From: Candidatus Kaiserbacteria bacterium RIFCSPHIGHO2_01_FULL_58_22 | GTDB taxonomy: Bacteria > Patescibacteriota > Minisyncoccia > Phycocordibacterales > UBA2100 | Direction: 5' to 3' | DNA length: 37,177 nucleotides | Assembly (NCBI GenBank): GCA_001781445.1 | Contig: MFLB01000039.1 | Span: forward strand, 1 to 37,177 | In this document: positions 20,661 to 31,182 of the stretch, in pieces | Layout: every line of letters starts with the position of its first letter | Numbering within the stretch: position 1 is the stretch's first letter | Made by a program: the position numbers and the translations under genes | The notes under the pieces: generated by a model | Databases searched by the model: none | The model's input: the letters and a program-made list of their open reading frames with translations, nothing else | Told to the model about the DNA's origin: nothing

Positions 20661-21401
20661 CTAGTGTACTGGTTCCATGATGGCGATCTTGATGAAAAAG
20701 AGGGTCAAAATGGCGAATATCGCCGCCTGAATGAAGCCCACGAAAACCTCGAACATCATCAGGGGAACGGGTCCCGCGTACGGTAGAAAATGCGTCGCGA
20801 CGAGGATGAGTATCTCCCCCGCGATGATGTTGCCGAAGAGACGGAAGGAGAAGGAGATGAGGCGCGCGACTTCGGAAAACAGCTCGATGATTCCCACGAT
20901 GAATCCGATGAACGAATGGAAATTCAGGAACTTCGAGCCGTATTTGAGAAATCCGAGCACGGCGATGCCGGTGATCTCGGTAACGATGAAGGAAATGGCG
21001 GCGAGCGCCAGCGTTACGTTGAGATCGGTGTTGACACTGCGGAAAAGGGGCGCGAACTCTCCATGCGCGAAGAAACCGACACTGCCGACGCCGGGAATGA
21101 ATTCCAGCCAGTTCGCGACGAGGATGAAAAGAAAGATGGTGAAGACGAGGGGGAAAAATTTGCGCGCCATGTCCCTCCCTCCGAGCGTGTCCGCGACGTA
21201 GTCGTAGATGCCGCCTATCATCCACTCGAGAAGCGTCTGGAAGCGGCCCGGGACGAGCTTCAGCCGGCTACCCATTGAAAACGCGAGTATGGCGAGAAGC
21301 GCGACGACTATCCAACTCGTAATGAGAGTGTTCGTGATGGGAAGCCCCATCCATTCTCCCAATCTTTCCGCCGAAAGAGCGACGTGAATGCCGTTTTCCA
21401 T
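20661..21401 (-). CDS. atpB: ATP synthase a subunit
   Basis: PGRFQ, SFSFRLFGNI.AGE, IQA.IF..LT. Confidence 0.97.
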   Translation of the reverse strand: MENGIHVALSAERLGEWMGLPITNTLITSWIVVALLAILAFSMGSRLKLVPGRFQTLLEWMIGGIYDYVADTLGGRDMARKFFPLVFTIFLFILVANWLEFIPGVGSVGFFAHGEFAPLFRSVNTDLNVTLALAAISFIVTEITGIAVLGFLKYGSKFLNFHSFIGFIVGIIELFSEVARLISFSFRLFGNIIAGEILILVATHFLPYAGPVPLMMFEVFVGFIQAAIFAILTLFFIKIAIMEPVH

Positions 21402-21446
21402 TGGCAGGATTTTAACACAAATCTGGACACTGCCTATCAGAACACC

Positions 21447-21486
21447 TATAACGCTAGCTTACGCGGCCGCGTAAGCTAGCGTTATA
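21447..21486. repeat. Perfect 40-bp palindrome with no spacer
   Basis: TATAACGCTAGCTTACGCGG|CCGCGTAAGCTAGCGTTATA. Confidence 0.9.
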
Positions 21487-22369
21487 CTCGCCCTTTGATG
21501 AATTTCCGCACTTCTTGAACAACGCGCAACTCCGCGCCTCGAAAACCATGTTGTACGTTCGGGATGACGCCGTTTTTGAACGCACGACTGCGATTATTCC
21601 GCTCAAACCACTGCACGATTTCCTTGGCGGGCCTGTCGCCGAACTCGTCCGCGCCGGCGAAGATGGCGAGCATCGGAACACGGACCGATCTGAAAATGCG
21701 CGGCGTCTTCTTCGGCTGTGCGTAGGTGAACATTTCCTCGACGCTCTCCGGCGCGTAGAGAGAAAGGAATCTCTGCGCATCGTCAATATGAGGCCAGATG
21801 GATTGCGGCAGGAGCTCGTGTTTTTTGCCGCGGCGCACGAGGGCGCGCGCTACCCTTCTCGCGCGCGCGAGTTTTCCGGCTTTATCGTCTCGAAGCGCAA
21901 CGGAATAATCACTCAATGGCGCGAGGAGAATTATTCCTCTCACTCCCCTGCCTTTTTTCTTATGCGCCCAGTAGACGGACTTTTGACAGCCCGTGGAATG
22001 CCCGACAAGAAAAATATTCTTCGCCCCCTGCCGCCGAGCGAAATTGACGGCTCCCTGAATATCGTCCACACAATCGGTGAAAACTTCCATCCCGCCGCCT
22101 GCCCATTTTCTCTTCGATCTGTTCCCGCGGGCGCGGTAAAGTCCGCTAATGCGATCGTGTCCTCGGTTGTTGAATATCAAAACTGCCGTTCCTCCGCGAG
22201 CCAGATTGGTAGCCAAGGAGAAAAAAAGGCTTTTCCACAGAGAACTCCCCAGTCCGTGGACGACGACTAGGACCTCCCTCGCTCTCCTTGGCCCGAACCA
22301 AAGACCGTTCAATACAATCTTTTTCGGCGTGACGATTTCAACGGCGTAGCTCGGCAACATTCGATTCAT
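21482..22369 (-). CDS. Alpha/beta hydrolase (DUF1749-like)
   Basis: VHGLG, NNRGHD, GHSTGCQ nucleophile elbow, C-terminal HGF; start overlaps the hicA stop (ATGA). Confidence 0.85.
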   Translation of the reverse strand: MNRMLPSYAVEIVTPKKIVLNGLWFGPRRAREVLVVVHGLGSSLWKSLFFSLATNLARGGTAVLIFNNRGHDRISGLYRARGNRSKRKWAGGGMEVFTDCVDDIQGAVNFARRQGAKNIFLVGHSTGCQKSVYWAHKKKGRGVRGIILLAPLSDYSVALRDDKAGKLARARRVARALVRRGKKHELLPQSIWPHIDDAQRFLSLYAPESVEEMFTYAQPKKTPRIFRSVRVPMLAIFAGADEFGDRPAKEIVQWFERNNRSRAFKNGVIPNVQHGFRGAELRVVQEVRKFIKGRV

Positions 22370-22575
22370 AGTTGATCAGGGGTAAGTCCAGTGTGTCTGG
22401 CGATTCGCGAGAGCATTCGAGGTCCGATTTCCTCCTTCTCATGAAATGCAAACGTGAAATTTGGAAACCCGGGCTTTGCGAGTATGCGATGCGAACCTCT
22501 CTGCCGTTTAATTCTCCAGCCAGAGTGCAAGAGAGCCTTGAGTACGTGCGAGGCTTTAACGGCCCGCCACTCCAT
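22366..22575 (-). CDS. hicA: HicA family toxin (mRNA interferase)
   Basis: MEWRAVK...L...GW...RQRGSH..L...FH...EIG..ML.RI. Confidence 0.85.
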   Translation of the reverse strand: MEWRAVKASHVLKALLHSGWRIKRQRGSHRILAKPGFPNFTFAFHEKEEIGPRMLSRIARHTGLTPDQL

Positions 22576-22807
22576 ATCCGAAAAGACGCGAAACTGGAGT
22601 GAACATATTTCCTTCCTCGACTCTATCTGCAAGCGTCCGAAGTGCAACAGCATATACTCGTTGCAACGCCTCGCGCTTGGTAGTACCGTAGGCCATAACA
22701 CCAGAAAGTTTTGGTACTTCTGCGATCCAGCGCCCGTCCTCCTCTCGGTCAAATTCAACCGTTAGCGAAGATAAAAGAGCCTTGTTTTGTTTAGTCCTTT
22801 TTATCAT
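22556..22807 (-). CDS. hicB: HicB family antitoxin (short, no DNA-binding domain)
   Basis: EEDGRWIAEVP.L.GV.AYG.T..EAL; overlaps the hicA start. Confidence 0.85.
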   Translation of the reverse strand: MIKRTKQNKALLSSLTVEFDREEDGRWIAEVPKLSGVMAYGTTKREALQRVYAVALRTLADRVEEGNMFTPVSRLFGYGVAGR

Positions 22808-22911
22808 GCGAACACTATATCATAGAATTCAGGAACAGACCCCAGAACTATAATCTTCTTCGGCGTCGTGATGTCGACGACGTAGCACGCTGACATTTCC
22901 CGCTTTTGCAT
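22804..22911 (-). pseudogene. Remnant 5' end of the alpha/beta hydrolase gene
   Basis: MQKREMSACYVVDITTPKKI matches YAVEIVTPKKI; 28/35 nt identity between 22852-22886 and 22316-22350. Confidence 0.7.
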
Positions 22912-22951
22912 TTCTAAACTGTTAACTGTCAACCGTTCGCTGTCAACTGAT

Positions 22952-25158
<2,207 letters not shown>

Positions 25159-25189
25159 CCGGCCATTGTATACCATTCCGCGCTCGCCG

Positions 25190-25322
25190 GTCTCTTCTCC
25201 TTCGCCGAGTACCTCGTAGCTTGCTACGAGGGTGAAGGCGAGGAGAACCCTGCGTAGCCTTGGCGAAGCAGGGTCCCCGGCTTCGGAGAATTCCACAGAT
25301 ACCTCGCGGCTTTGCCGCGAGG
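25190..25322. repeat. Cluster of REP-like hairpins
   Basis: CCTCGTAGC-TT-GCTACGAGG, CCCTGCGTAGCCTTGGCGAAGCAGGG and CCTCGCGGC-TTT-GCCGCGAGG. Confidence 0.7.
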
Positions 25323-25333
25323 AGCTTCAATTT

Positions 25334-25519
25334 TTATATCTTTTTTTTCCAATCCTCGACGACAAGCCGCTGACCGACCTTGCGCACGACGACCTTCTGC
25401 CTGTCCTTCCAGCCGAGCGCGCGGACGTATTCGATGGGAATGGTAACGGAGACGGCTTTTCCCCCGCCCGTCCGCGTGAGTTTCCGGATAGTGCGCTCCT
25501 CGATCGCTCTTCGACCCAT
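25334..25519 (-). CDS. AbrB/MazE/SpoVT-type DNA-binding protein
   Basis: RKLTRTGG.KAVSVTIP.EY..ALGW....KVVV; TATAAT 6 nt upstream. Confidence 0.8.
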   Translation of the reverse strand: MGRRAIEERTIRKLTRTGGGKAVSVTIPIEYVRALGWKDRQKVVVRKVGQRLVVEDWKKKI

Positions 25520-25535
25520 GCTGTCATTATAGCGA

Positions 25536-25555
25536 ATTCTAGAATTAATTCTAGA
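25536..25555. promoter_or_regulatory. Palindromic operator candidate upstream of the AbrB-type gene
   Basis: TTCTAGAATT|AATTCTAGAA next to the -10 box. Confidence 0.55.
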
Positions 25556-25628
25556 ACTTGTTCTTGAATTCTTTCATGCCATGACCATATCGGGATAAGA
25601 ACTTCTGGGAAACTCTTGATATGTTGTG

Positions 25629-25790
25629 TGACCCCGAGGGAATTCGCCCCGCGCCTCTCGGCTCGCCGTCGCTCGCCTCGAGCTGGGCACCGCCTCGCGG
25701 CCTCGCGTACTCGCTCGGCAGCGCTCCGGCGATTCGAATTCCGCGCACAGTGCGCAGGCACTGTGCTCTCGACCTCATTCACTTCGTTCA
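25629..25790 (-). repeat. tRNA-Glu-linked structured element ending in a direct copy of the tRNA 3' end
   Basis: 25629-25646 equals 25791-25808; inverted T-arm copy at 25731-25742. Confidence 0.75.
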
Positions 25791-25863
25791 TGACCCCGAG
25801 GGAATTCGAATCCCTGTTTTCGCCGTGAGAGGGCGACGTCCTGGGCCACTAGACGACGGGGCC
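25791..25863 (-). tRNA. tRNA-Glu(CTC), CCA not encoded
   Basis: Acceptor GGCCCCG/CGGGGTC, anticodon arm TCGCC-CTCTCAC-GGCGA, T arm AGGGA-TTCGAAT-TCCCT. Confidence 0.95.
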
Positions 25864-26055
25864 GTTGAGTTGCTCGAACAACTCCTTGCGAGCACGAGCG
25901 GTCTTCTTTAAAAAAATCCCTCGTTTCCGCGCACTTGTTCTATCATGAAAAGCCTCGGTGCGCACGAGCATCCACGGCCGATACGGTTTTGTTGAGCGAA
26001 CACCGCCCCTATTATGCTTACGCAAACGTGCTTCAACACTTTCGGCACGACCCGC
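25849..26055 (-). pseudogene. 5'-truncated GIY-YIG nuclease (YhbQ-like) remnant
   Basis: Frame ...SVEARLRKHNRGGVRSTKPYRPWMLVRTEAF.DRTSARKRG.FLK...; N-terminal GIY/YIG segment is missing, the conserved RE reads RG, and the stop falls inside tRNA-Glu. Confidence 0.75.
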
Positions 26056-26063
26056 GCTTCACT

Positions 26064-26097
26064 ACATACCCGCACATACTTGGGTATGTTGGTATGT
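26064..26097. repeat. Palindrome downstream of the ArsR-type gene
   Basis: ACATACCCGCACATAC-TTGG-GTATGTTGGTATGT, an inverted degenerate copy of 26405-26440. Confidence 0.8.
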
Positions 26098-26099
26098 TC

Positions 26100-26399
26100 T
26101 TAGCCTGTGCCGCTCGACGCGAACGCGGTAATAAACTTAACGAACGTTTGCCCGTACGGAGTAAGCGTATGCTGTACCTGACGACCTGCATATCGCTTGT
26201 CGATAAGCCCCGCATGATACAGTCGTCGAATGTGCTCACTTATGGTCTTCTGATTCCCCTTCAGCGACTCGATGATGTCCTCTTGAGCAATCTCTGGACG
26301 CCGAGCAATAAGCAACAGTATCTCGATGCGATGATGATTGGCAACACCTTTAAAATGTCGCTCAAGCTTCTTTGCGCTTTTTACTTTTTTCTCGGCCAT
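26100..26399 (-). CDS. ArsR/SmtB-type winged HTH protein
   Basis: FKGVANHHRIEIL, TISEHIRRL..AGLI, LTPYG. Confidence 0.85.
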   Translation of the reverse strand: MAEKKVKSAKKLERHFKGVANHHRIEILLLIARRPEIAQEDIIESLKGNQKTISEHIRRLYHAGLIDKRYAGRQVQHTLTPYGQTFVKFITAFASSGTG

Positions 26400-26404
26400 A
26401 CGTT

Positions 26405-26440
26405 AGACACCCGCACATACCCAAGTATGTGCGGGTGTCT
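26405..26440. repeat. 36-bp palindrome upstream of the ArsR-type gene
   Basis: AGACACCCGCACATAC-CCAA-GTATGTGCGGGTGTCT (perfect 16-bp arms). Confidence 0.9.
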
Positions 26441-26447
26441 GAATTTG

Positions 26448-27755
26448 TCAATCCTTGGTGAGCCACTCGGGGTCTTGGCGAACGAGAAGCTCTGATGCGC
26501 GCTCTGGCTCGGCCATGAGGGCTTCCACCGCGCGCTCCATGCGCATTGATTGCGAGCCTTTCACCAAGACGACATCGCCCTCGCTCAATTTATTTTTTAA
26601 TTCCTCTCCCGCGCGCCCCGATTCGTTCATCTCGTACTCGCGGATGTTCCCTTCCGGAAGCCCCGCATTGAGCGCCGCCTTCCCTGCCGCGCGCGCGCGG
26701 AAGCCGACGGTAATGAGCGTGTCGGCGCACGCCGCGGCGCGCGCGCCGACGTTGCGGTGCGCTTCGGAGGCATACCGCCCCAGTTCAAGCATATCGCCGA
26801 GGACGGCGATGCGCTTTCCGCCCGGAGGCACGTTGATGTCCTTCAGGGTGTCGAGCGCGGAGAGCGCCGCCGCCGGGGAGGAGTTGTATGTGTCGTCAAT
26901 GATGGTCGAGCCGTTCGCGCCGGGAATGATGCGCATCCTCCCCGGCGGCGGCATCCACGCGGAGAGAGCGCGCGCGACCATATCGCTCCCGACGCCGACG
27001 GTATAGGCGACGGCGAAGGCCGCGAGCGCGGCGTACGCGCGCGGCCTGCCGAGCGCGCTGCGGATCGAGACCGGGAGCGCCGCTCCCTGATGATCCACGG
27101 TGAAGCGGATGCCCGTCGGCTTCTTCTTTTCATACTCCACGGAAAGATGCGCAGCGTGCCAATCGAGCCGTTTGTCCATGCCGTACGTTACGGTCTGTTC
27201 CGCGAACTCCGCGCACAGCGCGGCCATATGCGAGTCGTCGCCGTTCAAGACAAGCGTGCCTCCGGGCGCCAGGTATTCGGCAAGGGCGCGCTTCTCGCGC
27301 GCGAGCTCCTCGGCGGAGCGGAAGAACTCCACGTGGACGGGGATCTCCGGCACGCCGGTGATAACGGCGATGTCGGGCCGGAGCCAGCGCGCGATTTTCC
27401 GGATGTCGCCCGGCCGATCCGCTCCCACTTCGAGCACGAGCCACGCGGGATACCCCGTCTTCCGCGCGGCGAGCCACAATCCCCGGAGAATATTTTCCGC
27501 CCACCGCAGAGGATTCCTCCACGCATTCTCAAGACCGAGGATGGTAAGCGGCACGCCGAGCTCGCTGTTGAAGCTCTTCTCGCTCTTGCGCGCGCGGAGC
27601 CCTCCGCCCGAAAGCGCGGCGCATATCGCGTCCTTCGCCGCGGTTTTCCCCATACTGCCCGTTATCGCGATTATCTTCGGCCGATAGCGGGAGAGCACGA
27701 GCCGCGCCTCACAGATAAGGATCAAGACTATCGCCTTCTTAAGAAAATTCTTCAT
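26448..27755 (-). CDS. murF: UDP-N-acetylmuramoyl-tripeptide--D-alanyl-D-alanine ligase
   Basis: ITGS.GKT, SFNSE.GVPLT, DDTYNSSP, LGDMLELG, VLVKGS. Confidence 0.95.
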   Translation of the reverse strand: MKNFLKKAIVLILICEARLVLSRYRPKIIAITGSMGKTAAKDAICAALSGGGLRARKSEKSFNSELGVPLTILGLENAWRNPLRWAENILRGLWLAARKTGYPAWLVLEVGADRPGDIRKIARWLRPDIAVITGVPEIPVHVEFFRSAEELAREKRALAEYLAPGGTLVLNGDDSHMAALCAEFAEQTVTYGMDKRLDWHAAHLSVEYEKKKPTGIRFTVDHQGAALPVSIRSALGRPRAYAALAAFAVAYTVGVGSDMVARALSAWMPPPGRMRIIPGANGSTIIDDTYNSSPAAALSALDTLKDINVPPGGKRIAVLGDMLELGRYASEAHRNVGARAAACADTLITVGFRARAAGKAALNAGLPEGNIREYEMNESGRAGEELKNKLSEGDVVLVKGSQSMRMERAVEALMAEPERASELLVRQDPEWLTKD

Positions 27756-27834
27756 GTGTTCGTTGTAGACATGGTAAACGTTCTAATCGCCAGGCGTTTA
27801 GAACGAATAGAGCGATTATAACGCTCATTGCGTA

Positions 27835-29553
27835 TTACCGATCCGGTGGTATGTCGTAGTAGTTTATCAGGAACTTCGCGATGTCGAGAAATGGGCGCGC
27901 GAGCGTGGCCGAGGCGAATTCCGCGCCGTGCGGCTCGACGGCGATGAGAAAGACGATGAATCTCGGATCGTGCGCCGGAAAGTAGCCGAAAAAGGAATGC
28001 AGGTATCGGTCGGGATAGTAGCCGCCGCCGCCCGACCGCGCGATCTGCGCCGTGCCCGTTTTCGCCGCGATCGAATAGTGCTCCTGCTTCAGGATGCCGC
28101 CGAGGAGCGCCGTGTCGAACACCCTGACGAGCATGTCGCTTACCGTCTGCACGGTCTCGGGTTCGAACACCCGCGGCCCCTGCGGGGGCGGGAGGCCACG
28201 CGCGATGCCGCTCTCGAGGCGGATGCCCTTCACGAGGCGCGGGGAAGGCAGGATGCCGCCGTTTGCGAGCGCGCCCAGGCCGCGTATCATTTCCACCGCC
28301 GTCATCGCGATTCCCTGCCCGAACGAGGCCGAAGCGTAGTCCACGTCGTACCCGCGATCGATCGCGCCGATGATGCCGCGCGCTTCATTGGGGAGATCGA
28401 TGCCCGTTTTCTCCCCGAAGCCGAGCGCGTGCAGGTAGCCGCCAAACACGTTCTGACCCATCCTGTCCGCGATGAAGGAAGCCCCGGTGTTGAGCGACTG
28501 GTTCAGCACCTCCTGCATCGAGACGACGCCCCGCGCCTTCCCGTCGTAGTTGCATATCCTCTTGCCGCTCTTTTCGATGCAACCCGTGTCGCGGTACGTC
28601 GTTTTCGGCGTGACGACCCCGGCGTCTATGCCCGCGGCGACCGTGAGCGGCTTCATGATGGAGCCCATCTCGTAGACGTTCTCGACGAGCATGTTGGCGA
28701 ACACGGAAGGATCATTGGCCGTGCTGAAGGTGTTCGGGTCGAATCCGGGCCGCGCGGCCATCCCCACGATCTCTCCCGTGCGCGGGTCCATCACGATCGC
28801 CCCCGCCGCTTTCGGCGCGTAGGATTTCATCACCTTCTCGAGCGTCTCCTCGAGGCGCGCCTCGACCTGCGGCTCGATCGAGGTAACGATGCTTCCGCGC
28901 GAGCCCTCCGGTTCCGGAGAGAGCGCCTCGCCGAGATTCGTGAAGATCTCCGCGAACGGATTCACGTAGAGGCCGGAGGCTTTCGCGAGCGTGTCCTGGT
29001 AGCGGGCTTCGAGCCCGTAGACCCCCACCTTTCTGTCGCCCTTGTATCCCACGAAGCCGATCGCGTGCGCGGCGAGCGCGCCGCCGGGATAGACGCGCCA
29101 TCGGTCGGGCACGAGAATGACGCCCGGTATCTTCTCCTTGCGTATGCGGAGCGCCGCCTCGTCGCCGAGCCGGAACGCGACCTCCTCGTACGGATCGGCG
29201 GCTTTCCCGGCGCTCGCGAGGAAGCGCTCGCGGTCAACGGGGACAAAGCTCCGGAGTTTTTCCAGAACGGCTTCCGGGTCCCGCATCTCCGAGGGAGCGA
29301 TGGCGAGGCGCCATCCCGACTGCATCACGGCCGCGGCGACGAGCTCGCCCCCCTTCTTCGAGAAAAAAATATCCCCGCGATCCTCGCTGTCGGACGCGGC
29401 CGCGACATATTGGCCCTGCGCGCTCCTGCGATGCTCCTCGCCGTGCACGATCTGGACGAAGTACAAGCGCAGTAAGAGAAGCGCGGCGACGCATATGAAG
29501 ACGGCCGAGAGAATCCTCGCCCGCGAGACGATCGTGGGGGCGCTAGATCTCAT
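27835..29553 (-). CDS. ftsI: Class B penicillin-binding protein (FtsI/PBP2-3)
   Basis: N-terminal TM, RG.I, YEMGSIMK (SxxK), SLN (SxN), KTGT. Confidence 0.9.
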   Translation of the reverse strand: MRSSAPTIVSRARILSAVFICVAALLLLRLYFVQIVHGEEHRRSAQGQYVAAASDSEDRGDIFFSKKGGELVAAAVMQSGWRLAIAPSEMRDPEAVLEKLRSFVPVDRERFLASAGKAADPYEEVAFRLGDEAALRIRKEKIPGVILVPDRWRVYPGGALAAHAIGFVGYKGDRKVGVYGLEARYQDTLAKASGLYVNPFAEIFTNLGEALSPEPEGSRGSIVTSIEPQVEARLEETLEKVMKSYAPKAAGAIVMDPRTGEIVGMAARPGFDPNTFSTANDPSVFANMLVENVYEMGSIMKPLTVAAGIDAGVVTPKTTYRDTGCIEKSGKRICNYDGKARGVVSMQEVLNQSLNTGASFIADRMGQNVFGGYLHALGFGEKTGIDLPNEARGIIGAIDRGYDVDYASASFGQGIAMTAVEMIRGLGALANGGILPSPRLVKGIRLESGIARGLPPPQGPRVFEPETVQTVSDMLVRVFDTALLGGILKQEHYSIAAKTGTAQIARSGGGGYYPDRYLHSFFGYFPAHDPRFIVFLIAVEPHGAEFASATLARPFLDIAKFLINYYDIPPDR

Positions 29554-29968
29554 TGCTCTCCGGCGCGGCCGTGCCTGCCTGTGCGGGCGCGCCCGCAGAC
29601 AGGTTGCCGGGCCGATGCAGATAGAGAGCGTCGGAGACGGGCGAAAGGCCGAGGCGCGCGCCGTCTTCGGGGCCGATGTTCTGGGCGGCGGCGAAATACT
29701 CGCGTTCGAGGCCCGATACGGCGCTCGTGAGGCTCGCAGTCTGCGCGAGCGCCTCTTTTCTCGCGATGACGTTCAGTATCGTCGCGCCGACGAAATAAAC
29801 GTAGGCGCACGCGAGCGCGACGACGATTCCCAGAAGCGCGCGGAACAGCACCGGCTCGACCGGATGCTCGGCGGTGAGGGAAAGACCCCTGCGTGCGGAA
29901 GCAAAATCGAGCTTCCCCTGAAAGACCGAGGGGGCGTATTTGCTTATTTTTTGTATGCGAGCTCTCAT
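29543..29968 (-). CDS. FtsL-like bitopic membrane protein
   Basis: Single TM plus coiled coil and A.LGL motif; lies between rsmH and ftsI. Confidence 0.6.
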   Translation of the reverse strand: MRARIQKISKYAPSVFQGKLDFASARRGLSLTAEHPVEPVLFRALLGIVVALACAYVYFVGATILNVIARKEALAQTASLTSAVSGLEREYFAAAQNIGPEDGARLGLSPVSDALYLHRPGNLSAGAPAQAGTAAPESNEI

Positions 29969-29974
29969 AAAATA

Positions 29975-30016
29975 GAAGTTGGAAGTTGGAAGTTGGAAGT
30001 TGGAAGTTGGAAGTTG
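29975..30016. repeat. Six perfect GAAGTTG heptamers
   Basis: Read directly; a degenerate inverted arm follows at about 30020-30065. Confidence 0.9.
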
Positions 30017-30041
30017 GAACCTGACTTCCTTCAATTTTTTT

Positions 30042-30995
30042 CTAAGCTCCAATCTTTAACTTCTCAATTACACGAAGTTTCGCGCTTCGGGCTCTCGGAT
30101 TCGCAATGACCTCCTCTCTGCCGGGAACGACGGGTTTCTTGACGAGGCGCTTTCCCTCCCCATCCTTTTCCCACGCCGCGAACATCCGCTTCACGAGCCG
30201 ATCCTCGAGGCTGTGGAACGAGATCACCGCTATCCGGCCTCCCGGCGCGAGTAGTTTCCACGCCGCCGCGAGGCCCTCCGAAAGCGCTCCGAGTTCGTCG
30301 TTGACCGCGATGCGGAGCGCCTGGAACGTGCGCGTCGCCGGGTGGATCCTACCCCCGCGATATCCGCGAGGCGTCGCCTCGCGGATCGTCTCGGCAAGTT
30401 CGTGAGAAGTGCGGAAGGGATGTTTATGCCGACGTTCCACGATCGCTCTCGCTATTCGCCGCGCATAACGCTCCTCGCCGAAGCCGAAGATGATGTCCGC
30501 AAGCGTTTTCTCGCTCCACGTGTTCACGATGGTCGCGGCGGTAACCGCCTCCGCTCCGGGATGCTTCGCGTACGTCATCAACAGCGGCTCGTCCGCCTTG
30601 AACGAAAATCCTCTTCCCGCCTGCGCCCAGCTTGCGGCGGGCAGGCCGGAGTCCAAATTCAACTGATACGAACTCATGCCCAGATCGAAGAGAGCTTTCG
30701 TCATCGACTTCACGCCTAAACGCTCGAGCTCGCGTCCTATATTGCGGAAATTTCCGCATACAAGGCGAACCGGCGCGCGAGCATGTGCAAGGACCTTCCG
30801 CGTGCGTTGAAGCGCGTCGGAATCCGCATCAAAACCTATGAAGAGCCCGTTTCCTCCGAGGCCCTTCACCAACTTTTCTGCGTGTCCTCCACCGCCAAGC
30901 GTTGCGTCTAGGACGACGTCGCCGCGCCGCACGTCGAGCAGGAAAACTACTTCATGTAAAAGAACCGGCGTATGCCCCGACTCGTCTTTAGTCAT
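30042..30995 (-). CDS. rsmH: 16S rRNA m4C1402 methyltransferase
   Basis: H.PVLL.E, DATLG.GGH, DLG.SS.QL, FQALRIAVN.EL, ISFHSLED, NPRARSAKLR. Confidence 0.97.
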   Translation of the reverse strand: MTKDESGHTPVLLHEVVFLLDVRRGDVVLDATLGGGGHAEKLVKGLGGNGLFIGFDADSDALQRTRKVLAHARAPVRLVCGNFRNIGRELERLGVKSMTKALFDLGMSSYQLNLDSGLPAASWAQAGRGFSFKADEPLLMTYAKHPGAEAVTAATIVNTWSEKTLADIIFGFGEERYARRIARAIVERRHKHPFRTSHELAETIREATPRGYRGGRIHPATRTFQALRIAVNDELGALSEGLAAAWKLLAPGGRIAVISFHSLEDRLVKRMFAAWEKDGEGKRLVKKPVVPGREEVIANPRARSAKLRVIEKLKIGA

Positions 30996-31182
30996 GGGAT
31001 CGGTGCTCCGTTTCGGGTGACGGCACCGGGTTGCTGGAGGAGGTAAGTCGCGTGCGCATATTTTTTTGGTCCTCCAGCCACCCCGTGTCATCAAGATGGT
31101 TAGTAGTTAGTAGTTAGTAGTTAGTAGTTGGATTTTGCATTTGTATCCACTACGGTCTACGAACTACTTTCTACGTTCTGCC

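Noticed and set aside
25629..25808. Prophage or genomic island att sites at the tRNAs
   Set aside because: The direct repeats are only about 160-170 bp apart and no integrase is present; reported instead as tRNA-linked elements
27779..27829. Two small hairpins between ftsI and murF
   Set aside because: No repeat copies or clear U-tract; not enough evidence to assign a function
29969..30052. N-terminal FQLPTSN repeat extension of the ftsL-like ORF
   Set aside because: It is the translation of the intergenic heptamer array; the true start is likely 29968
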